A DNA stretch of 14,058 nt from contig JAHQWW010000097.1 of assembly GCA_029856365.1 (NCBI GenBank), forward strand, positions 1-14,058, written 5' to 3'. The position numbers and the translations under genes were made by a program. This stretch comes from Candidatus Hodarchaeota archaeon. GTDB taxonomy: Archaea > Asgardarchaeota > Heimdallarchaeia > Hodarchaeales > Hodarchaeaceae. Each line of letters opens with the position of its first letter. Positions within the stretch are counted from its first letter, which is position 1. Below are positions 7,768-14,058 of the stretch, piece after piece. The notes under the pieces are model-generated. The model searched no databases. It saw nothing but the letters and a program-made list of their open reading frames with translations, and had not been told where the DNA came from.

Positions 7768-7806
7768 TTCTATAAAAACTTAACTCGCTCAAGACTTTTT
7801 ATAGAA
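7768..7806 (-). promoter_or_regulatory. Inverted repeat / bulged hairpin between prx and ferritin
   Basis: Minus strand reads TTCTATAAAAA-GT-CTTGA-GCGAG-TTAAG-TTTTTATAGAA: perfect 11-bp arms plus a 5-bp inner stem with one G-U pair. Confidence 0.6.
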
Positions 7807-7834
7807 TTAGTTGATGAAATCGAATCTAAAGATA

Positions 7835-8503
7835 TTAGAGCTTTTTATGGCATAACCACCAATCGAAACACTCAAACTCGCCTGCTTTAGCTTTTACAAG
7901 GCGTTCTTCTGCAGATTTAACATCAGAAGCAGGTGGGACGATGACTCGGTCTTTGAGGTCGAGACTTGTATTATTGGGCCAATCAGCAGGCATAGCAACC
8001 TTGTGCTTATCAGATACCTGGATGGCTTTCACCATTCGGAGTAGTTCATCAAAATTTCTGCCCAATTCTGGAGGATAATAGATGATTGTCCTAACAATCC
8101 CTTTGGGATCAATAAGAAAAACAGCTCGGACTGTACTACTTCCTTTTGATGGGTGCACCATTCCATACAAAGCACCAATCTCACCGTGATCAGCAATGAT
8201 TGGAAATTTAATCTCAACATTTAATTTCTCTTTTATCCATTCAACCCATTTAATATGACTAAACACTTGATCAATGGAAAGTCCGATCAATTCCGTGTTC
8301 AAAGCTTTGAATTCATCAAATTTCTTTTGAAATGCTACAAATTCAGTAGTACAAACAGGTGTAAAATCTGCTGGATGGGAAAATAAAATCACCCATTTTC
8401 CCTCATAATCCTTTGGGAAATTTACCGTACCATGTGTTGTTTTTGCCTCAAATTCAGGTGCAGGATCACCAATTAAGGGCAAAAAATATTCTTCTTCACT
8501 CAT
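7835..8503 (-). CDS. Peroxiredoxin, Prx6/archaeal type with a C-terminal CxDWWxC motif
   Basis: [15 protein letters not shown] peroxidatic motif, [29 protein letters not shown] and [15 protein letters not shown] precedes the start. Confidence 0.96.
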   Translation of the reverse strand: MSEEEYFLPLIGDPAPEFEAKTTHGTVNFPKDYEGKWVILFSHPADFTPVCTTEFVAFQKKFDEFKALNTELIGLSIDQVFSHIKWVEWIKEKLNVEIKFPIIADHGEIGALYGMVHPSKGSSTVRAVFLIDPKGIVRTIIYYPPELGRNFDELLRMVKAIQVSDKHKVAMPADWPNNTSLDLKDRVIVPPASDVKSAEERLVKAKAGEFECFDWWLCHKKL

Positions 8504-8805
8504 TTGTTTTCACTCCACTTGTGAATTTCACTAGTTTGGAAATTATTTTTCCAATATCAGAGTATTCTAAAATTATATTTTGCTTTTAGGTTCGAAAAAA
8601 TCACCATTGAATATAAAAACAGTTATTCAAAGGAAAAATTAATCTCTACTTTTCTTCTATTCAATAAATATTGTAACTTTGATTGTAATTGTATTATCCA
8701 ATGGTCTTTATGTTTTAAATGTATAGGTTTTAATAAAAACAAAGAATTACTTAAGAATATACCAAGGAAATATGCCCATAACCTTCATGTAGAGGTGAAT
8801 TAAAT

Positions 8806-9282
8806 ATGAACACACAAGAACGAGTTGAATTTTATAAAAGGCAGATTATATTAGAGGAGAAAATTGTAGACTCCGCAAATACCTCAGTGAAAGATGTTCC
8901 AAATATTATGGTTAAAGAACTGATTTTAGGTATTGCAATGGATTCTAAGAAACATGCTTCTTTGTTAAATGCACTTATTGCTTTAAATACAGGAAGTACT
9001 CCCTTAATCCCAGAAGAGACTACAGATCAATTAAAAGAAAACATTTCAAAGCACATTGAGTTGGAACAACAAGCTATCAATACTTATAAAGCATTTTGGA
9101 AGGAATTAGAGGACGAGAAAGAAAAAGTTGTTGTTAAGGCGATTTTAAATGATGAAATTCGTCATCATCAACTACTAAAACGTCTTCATGAAATGATAGT
9201 AGAAAAAGAAAAACTTACTGAACAAGATATCTGGGAATGGACTTGGAAAGATTCACTCTTTCACGGATCACCCGGAGGATAG
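8806..9282 (+). CDS. Ferritin-like / rubrerythrin-like four-helix-bundle protein, 158 aa
   Basis: Two internally similar helix pairs: LEEKIV...IAMDSKKH and LEQQAINTY...ILNDEIRH. No rubredoxin domain. C-terminal tail WEWTWKDSLFHGSPGG. GAGGTGA precedes the start. Confidence 0.8.
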   Translation: MNTQERVEFYKRQIILEEKIVDSANTSVKDVPNIMVKELILGIAMDSKKHASLLNALIALNTGSTPLIPEETTDQLKENISKHIELEQQAINTYKAFWKELEDEKEKVVVKAILNDEIRHHQLLKRLHEMIVEKEKLTEQDIWEWTWKDSLFHGSPGG

Positions 9283-9352
9283 AGTAATAACACTAATAGC
9301 AAGAAAATTTAAGACTTAGTAAAATTCAGTTCAAGTTAAGAGGTGAGGTTTT

Positions 9353-10525
9353 ATGATCGATTTTAGTTTATCACACGACCAGAAAAAACTCCAATTAAAG
9401 GCTCGAGAATTCGCTATTAATGAGATCATTCCAGTATCGAGAAAATATGATCAAACAGGGGAGTTTCCTCAAGAAGTTCTCCAAAAAGCTTTCGATCAAG
9501 GATTAATGAATACAATTTTTCCCCAAAAAATAGGAGGACCTGGTTTAGGGATACTAGACACTTGTTTGATAGTAGAGGAAATAGCTGCCGCAGATCCAGG
9601 AATTACCACAAGTCTTTTTGATAATTGTCTAGGAGCTGAACCCATTTTGATTGGAGGAACTGAGGAGCAGATTGATCGTTTTCTTAAGCCGTTAACTGAA
9701 GAATTAAAATTCATTGCTTTTGCAACTAGTGAACCAGGGATGGGATCGGATGTTGCGGGTTTAACTGCGACCGCTCGTTTGGAAAACGATGAGATTATAT
9801 TAAATGGTCGGAAAATGTGGGTTACAAACGGAGGAGTGGCTTCTCTACTCAGCATATTTTGTCGTTTGGAAGGAACAAAGAGACATGAAGGCATTACTGG
9901 CGTTGTTGTACCTATGGACACCGAGGGAGTGAAAATTGGTAAACCTATTCCGAAAATGGGCCATAAAGCTTCAAATACTGTGATGGTTCGGTTTGATGAA
10001 GTACATATTCCTCTAGAAAACATCCTTGGAGAGCTAGGGAAAGGATTCTCAATAGCTATGCAAACTTTCGCGCGTACTCGTCCAACAATTGGAGCATTTG
10101 CGTGTGGAATGTCCAGAGCAAGTATGGAATATGCAATTGCATATGCAAAACGTAGAAAAGCCTTTGAAACGGAAATTGCCAACTTTCAAGCTATTCAATT
10201 CATGATTGCAGAGATGAAAATGAATGTAGACGCAGCTCGTTTACTGACATGGAAAGCTGCTTGGGAAGCAGATCAAAATCGTGATAATACTATTTCAGCA
10301 AGTATCGCTAAAGCTTTTGCCACAGATTATGGGATGAAAACAGTATCAGATGCCCTCCAAATCTTCGGAGGATATGGTTACACAACAAACTACCTCATTG
10401 AGAAATTGTTCAGAGATGCAAAGCTTTACCAGATATACGAAGGAACTTCTCAAATCCAAAGGATGGTTATCGGGCGCTACTTACTTACAAAATATAATCC
10501 GATTTTTAATAAAACTTTCACCTAG
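9353..10525 (+). CDS. Acyl-CoA dehydrogenase (short/medium-chain-like)
   Basis: FATSEPGMGSDV, LNGRKMWVTNG, KMGHKASNT, FQAIQFMIAEM, ALQIFGGYGY and IYEGTSQIQ (catalytic Glu in the MCAD position). GAGGTGAGG precedes the start. Confidence 0.95.
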   Translation: MIDFSLSHDQKKLQLKAREFAINEIIPVSRKYDQTGEFPQEVLQKAFDQGLMNTIFPQKIGGPGLGILDTCLIVEEIAAADPGITTSLFDNCLGAEPILIGGTEEQIDRFLKPLTEELKFIAFATSEPGMGSDVAGLTATARLENDEIILNGRKMWVTNGGVASLLSIFCRLEGTKRHEGITGVVVPMDTEGVKIGKPIPKMGHKASNTVMVRFDEVHIPLENILGELGKGFSIAMQTFARTRPTIGAFACGMSRASMEYAIAYAKRRKAFETEIANFQAIQFMIAEMKMNVDAARLLTWKAAWEADQNRDNTISASIAKAFATDYGMKTVSDALQIFGGYGYTTNYLIEKLFRDAKLYQIYEGTSQIQRMVIGRYLLTKYNPIFNKTFT

Positions 10526-10536
10526 GAGATAATTTA

Positions 10537-11622
10537 ATGACATTAAGTTTTGAACAATTAAATCCACACGCGTGCTTGTCATATTTAGTAAAAAAGGAAG
10601 GATCAGAAGAGTCTGTCCTAATTGATCCCGTCTTAGACCATGTCGAAGACTATCTCAAGACGTTAAAAGATAAAAATTTAAGATTAACACATATCATTGA
10701 GACACATACTCATGCAGATCATATCTCGGGTGCAGCAGCAATCAAAGATCGTATGGATAGTAAGATTATTATGCATAAAAACGCACCTGCTAGGTGTGTA
10801 GATATTCGTGTCAAAGAAGGAGATGAACTAGATCTCCTAGGAAGTCCAATTAAAGTTATTCATACCCCTGGACATACTCAAGATTCGATATCATTAGTTT
10901 TTGAAGAATCTAATAGAGTTTTCACTGGTGATGCACTATTTTTAGATGAAGGTGGAGCAGGGAGAGATGATTTACCAGGAGGAGATCCTGCTAAACATTA
11001 CGACAGTATTCAGAAGTTTTTGAGTCTTCCCGAGCATTTTGTTGTATTTCCTGCTCATGAATATCGTGGTCGTCAACCATCCACGCTTGCTAACCAAAAA
11101 ACTAGCAATCCGCACCTCGAACCACGAACCCGAGAGGAATTTGTTCATTATCTCGAAGATCTGAAACTTGGTCCTGCAGATTGGATGCGTGATGTTCTTA
11201 AATCAAATTATGCATGTGCTCGTGATCCAGGAGGCATTTGGATACCTGTTGACTCACCTGCGTGTGAAGTAAAAGGTACTCTAGAAATAGGTGTTAATGA
11301 ACAGGTTGTTTCTTCAATATCAGTCCAAGAACTAAAGAATCGCTTAGATGGTCAACAGATACCTTTGATGATTGATGTACGAGAAGAAGATGAATTAAAA
11401 GGACCACTTGGCCAATTACGGGATATTAAACACATCCCATTGGCTCATCTAATTTCCAATCTTGAGGAATTATCCAATCTAAAGGATCAAGAAATTATTG
11501 TAGTATGTCGGAGTGGAGCCAGAGCTCATACAGCTGCGCAAATTATGCAGAAAAAGGATTTCTCTAAAGTATTTGTTTTGGAAGGTGGTATGAAAGCTTG
11601 GAGAAATTTTGCAGCTAGTTAA
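10537..11622 (+). CDS. ETHE1-like persulfide dioxygenase (MBL fold) fused to a C-terminal rhodanese domain
   Basis: LIDPV, ETHTHADHISG, TPGHT, FTGDAL, GAGRDD, PAHEY and NPHL in the MBL domain. IDVREEDE...HIPL...VCRSGARA...LEGGMKAW in the rhodanese domain, with the active cysteine present. It starts 11 nt after the ACAD stop. Confidence 0.9.
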   Translation: MTLSFEQLNPHACLSYLVKKEGSEESVLIDPVLDHVEDYLKTLKDKNLRLTHIIETHTHADHISGAAAIKDRMDSKIIMHKNAPARCVDIRVKEGDELDLLGSPIKVIHTPGHTQDSISLVFEESNRVFTGDALFLDEGGAGRDDLPGGDPAKHYDSIQKFLSLPEHFVVFPAHEYRGRQPSTLANQKTSNPHLEPRTREEFVHYLEDLKLGPADWMRDVLKSNYACARDPGGIWIPVDSPACEVKGTLEIGVNEQVVSSISVQELKNRLDGQQIPLMIDVREEDELKGPLGQLRDIKHIPLAHLISNLEELSNLKDQEIIVVCRSGARAHTAAQIMQKKDFSKVFVLEGGMKAWRNFAAS

Positions 11623-11646
11623 TTCCACCTAAAGAGTGAATATCTT

Positions 11647-12606
11647 ATGAATGATAGAAAAAAATACCCCACTGAAGAGGTTGAACCAGAGAATTTCTTA
11701 GGTAATGACGAGGTTATGAGGCTTTTAGAAACTCGTGAAAGTTATAAATTCAAACAAGAAGATTATCTAAAATTATTGAATTGTGTTCATTGTAATGCTT
11801 GTGGAACTTCAGAGGAGAGATGTCAGCTAAATCAAAAATTTTTAGAAGATGGAAATGAAATTGAGAGCCTTGCTGAAATGATTATAAGTTTTGAAAAGTA
11901 TGGTACTCCATATTCAACTGATAAAATGCGAATCAGAAAACCTGAAGGCATTCCTGAAGAAAGTAAGACCCTTTATTACATGGGTTGTTTATCAACCATT
12001 AGAGTTCCTCGCTATACTGAAAATTCTTTGAAATATCTCCTAAGACACAATATTGACTTTACTATTTTAGATAAGGAAATTTGCTGTGGTTATCCGTTAT
12101 ATGTATCTGGTGCCTTTGAAGATTATGAGAAATGTAAAAGAGAGAATATAGAAATATTCAAACACTATGAAAAAATCATTTGCGCTTGTCCTGCATGCTA
12201 CTATGTGTTTAAAACTCACTATCGGGAGGAACTTGATGCAGAAATCCTATTTGTGGTTGATTATTTAAAACCAACAAACAAAAAAAAAACAGGCCAAGTT
12301 GCTGTTCAACACCTCTGCCAATTAATGAATCGTGGACGTCCTGAAGTTACGAAGATTGTCAATGATGTCCTTCATGAATCGGGGTATAAGGTTCTTGATG
12401 TTCCTCATTGGTGTTGTGGAGGTGGGATTGGATATATGCATAGGCTAGATATTATCGACAAAATAGCAATAAAAAGAATGAGTGATTTTAAGGAAGGAGA
12501 TTATAGCACCACATATTGTGTTTCGTGTTGGTGGATCCTCTCCCGGTTTGGTAGAAAGTATAAAATCACACCAAAACCCAAAGATATTTTTGAATTATTA
12601 ATGTAA
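11647..12606 (+). CDS. Fe-S protein with two CCG domains (HdrB/HdrD/GlpC-like), no membrane segment
   Basis: N-terminal CVHCNAC...C. First CCG domain YYMGC...EICCG...CACPAC. Second CCG domain QHLC...WCCGGG...TYCVSC. It starts 24 nt after the previous stop. Confidence 0.85.
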   Translation: MNDRKKYPTEEVEPENFLGNDEVMRLLETRESYKFKQEDYLKLLNCVHCNACGTSEERCQLNQKFLEDGNEIESLAEMIISFEKYGTPYSTDKMRIRKPEGIPEESKTLYYMGCLSTIRVPRYTENSLKYLLRHNIDFTILDKEICCGYPLYVSGAFEDYEKCKRENIEIFKHYEKIICACPACYYVFKTHYREELDAEILFVVDYLKPTNKKKTGQVAVQHLCQLMNRGRPEVTKIVNDVLHESGYKVLDVPHWCCGGGIGYMHRLDIIDKIAIKRMSDFKEGDYSTTYCVSCWWILSRFGRKYKITPKPKDIFELLM

Positions 12607-12638
12607 CTTTTTTCCAATTCAGCCTTCAAAGGGGAGCC

Positions 12639-12677
12639 ATATACTTTATAAGTAGAACTAGATATCAATTTTTGATA
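12639..12677 (+). promoter_or_regulatory. Putative TATA-type promoter (ATATACTTTATAAG) plus palindrome TATCAA-TTT-TTGATA before the EncFtn gene
   Basis: TTTATA at 12645-12650, palindrome at 12663-12677 and AAGGAGGT at 12688-12695. Confidence 0.5.
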
Positions 12678-12702
12678 CATATTAGTAAAGGAGGTAAAAA
12701 TT

Positions 12703-12984
12703 ATGTTTGGTCAGGTACCTATTAATCTTGAAAAACTTAGTAAAGAACATATAAATATGGAAATACTACGGATAGCCCTAATTGCTGAATTGGATGCCAT
12801 AAACCTTTATGAACAAATGGCAGCTTATACTAACGATAGTGATACAAAGAAGGTTCTTTTAGAAGTAGCTAAGGAAGAGAAAGAACATGTTGGAGAATTC
12901 CAAACTCTACTACTAAGACTAGACAAGGAACAGGTAGAAGAGATGGAAGAAGGGAAAAAAGAAGTTGAAGAATTAACTGGGTAA
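12703..12984 (+). CDS. Encapsulated-ferritin (EncFtn/Flp)-type half-ferritin, stand-alone, 93 aa
   Basis: EILRIALIAELDAINLYEQMA...LLEVAKEEKEHVGEFQTLL...LDKEQ...EVEELTG closely follows, from memory, the N-terminal EncFtn domain of the Pyrococcus furiosus encapsulin fusion. Strong Shine-Dalgarno site. Confidence 0.88.
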   Translation: MFGQVPINLEKLSKEHINMEILRIALIAELDAINLYEQMAAYTNDSDTKKVLLEVAKEEKEHVGEFQTLLLRLDKEQVEEMEEGKKEVEELTG

Positions 12985-13040
12985 TTAAAAGGATCATCCT
13001 TATGAATTCCTTATTTGAATTATTGAAGTCAAGGCACCAT

Positions 13041-13709
13041 TTAATTTTTACGTCGATTAACACATAAAAAAAACCCCAAATCTTTCAGAAATTTATATTC
13101 TTTAAGAATTAAAAACCCAGCATTATTAAGACCTTGATTGAACTCATCCCATGTGAAATAGGCTTTCTTAGGATGAAACACCTTTAGATACCTTTCGAAC
13201 CAGCTTAAGGACCTACTATTAATTTCATTTATCAATAATAATCCTTTTGGTTTTAGAACCCTGTTGATTTCTTTTAATCCATCTCGCCAACCTTCAACAT
13301 GGTGAAGTACAGTAAAAACAAAGACTATGTCAAATTTTTTCGAGGGTAGTTTGATTTCTTTAACATCCCCTAAAAAAACATTAACGGGGATTTTTTTCTT
13401 TTTTGCTTTAGCAGCTGATAATAATACCATTTTTAGACTTATATCGAACGCAAAGTACTCTTTAGGCTTAAAACTTCTATAAATAGGTTCTATTCCGTAC
13501 CCAGCTCCGCATCCTACTTCCAAGATATTCTTCCCAGTCAAATTAGAATTACAAGACTTTATAAAAGATTTGAAAACTTTTAATTCAAGAAAGGAGAGCA
13601 TAAACTTCTTAATTGGGCTAACCATTAATTTTTCTTCTATATAATGCAAATTAAATCTTTTTCTATGGATTTTATTGAAATCTTCGTCAAAATTACTTTC
13701 AAAATTCAA
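13041..13709 (-). CDS. Class I SAM-dependent methyltransferase (Methyltransf_11/UbiE-like fold)
   Basis: ILEVGCGAGYG, AFDISLKMV, GDVKEIKLPSKKFDIVF, LHHV and EINRVLKPKG. Start uncertain: TTG 13709 with AGGAG upstream, TTG 13649 or ATG 13625. Confidence 0.9.
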   Translation of the reverse strand: MNFESNFDEDFNKIHRKRFNLHYIEEKLMVSPIKKFMLSFLELKVFKSFIKSCNSNLTGKNILEVGCGAGYGIEPIYRSFKPKEYFAFDISLKMVLLSAAKAKKKKIPVNVFLGDVKEIKLPSKKFDIVFVFTVLHHVEGWRDGLKEINRVLKPKGLLLINEINSRSLSWFERYLKVFHPKKAYFTWDEFNQGLNNAGFLILKEYKFLKDLGFFLCVNRRKN

Positions 13710-13926
13710 TTTATATTATTCTCCTGATAGAGAATAAAATCCTAGTCAAATAGATGCTGTTTGAGTTTCATTTTAATTCTTAATTGAGCGAAACCATGAG
13801 ATTACGATAAAATGATCGAAATAATGTAAAGATTAAAAACATTCCAAGAATCATGAATTTTCCTAGGAATAATAAGGATGAAAGGCTTTTTTTTAATTTA
13901 AAATCATTTCTTAAGGGTGAAATTAG

Positions 13927-14058
13927 TTGGTTACTAACCTAGAGAGCGTTGTTACGAAAAAAGAGGGATCAATTAACCAAAAAATATTCGGTTTAATTAG
14001 GTTAGCAAGACCCCAGTTTCTAATTGCTTATCTGATTGTCGGCATTGGTGGATTGGTT
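13927..14058 (+). CDS. Probable UbiA-superfamily (MenA-like) prenyltransferase, N-terminal 44 aa, truncated by the window edge
   Basis: Not in the ORF track. GGTGA at 13916-13920, then TTG at 13927: MVTNLESVVTKKEGSINQKIFGLIRLARPQFLIAYLIVGIGGLV. LxRLARP followed by a hydrophobic helix is a typical UbiA/MenA N-terminus. The frame stays open to the window end. Confidence 0.65.
   Translation, partial: MVTNLESVVTKKEGSINQKIFGLIRLARPQFLIAYLIVGIGGLV

Noticed and set aside
7733-7792. 20-aa ferritin N-terminal extension, and a canonical IRE in this leader
   Set aside because: The ATG at 7732 fits the ferritin length and Shine-Dalgarno position. There is no CAGUGN loop or C bulge, so only a non-canonical element is reported.
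8029-8220. 63-aa out-of-frame ORF within prx
   Set aside because: Lies inside a confident gene, with no motifs.
9496-10532. 228-aa antisense ORF and 60-aa out-of-frame ORF in the ACAD gene
   Set aside because: The long one is an in-register antisense mirror of the ACAD codons. Neither has motifs.
12869-13063. 64-aa hydrophobic minus-strand ORF
   Set aside because: The hydrophobicity comes from reading the Glu/Lys-rich EncFtn codons in antisense.
13952-14016. DtxR-like box TTAGGTTAGCAAGACCCCA (13998-14016) and a third TTACGAAAAAA copy (13952-13962)
   Set aside because: Both lie inside the UbiA-like coding sequence (IRLARP and VTKK codons), so they are probably coincidental.
1-14058. CRISPR array, tRNA/rRNA, IS or other mobile element
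   Set aside because: No regularly spaced repeats, cloverleaf, transposase/integrase or terminal inverted repeats seen.

Overview
AT-rich, gene-dense window that looks archaeal: GGTGA/GGAGG Shine-Dalgarno sites, TATA-like promoter elements and Thermococcales-like SOR, Prx and EncFtn sequences. An Asgard or other sediment archaeon is a guess only. The left end is a minus-strand acnA - CBS-pair - korA (truncated) central-metabolism cluster, followed by a ~700-bp ORF-free spacer with several RNA-like structures. The middle (4363-9282) is an anaerobe-type oxidative-stress and iron island: rubredoxin (missed by the ORF track), glutaredoxin plus ferredoxin:thioredoxin reductase catalytic subunit, an NAD(P)H:rubredoxin oxidoreductase-like flavoprotein, 1Fe superoxide reductase, ferritin, peroxiredoxin and a ferritin-like protein ending in Gly-Gly. 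Next is a tight plus-strand unit of acyl-CoA dehydrogenase, persulfide dioxygenase-rhodanese fusion and a small soluble two-CCG-domain Fe-S protein, then an encapsulated-ferritin (EncFtn)-type gene with no encapsulin or cargo peptide. The right end has a class I SAM methyltransferase divergent from a truncated UbiA/MenA-like gene (also missed by the track). Best candidates for something new: the ACAD/PDO-Rhd/CCG unit, the orphan EncFtn among three ferritin-fold proteins, and a bulged hairpin before ferritin close to an AcnA/IRP-family aconitase.
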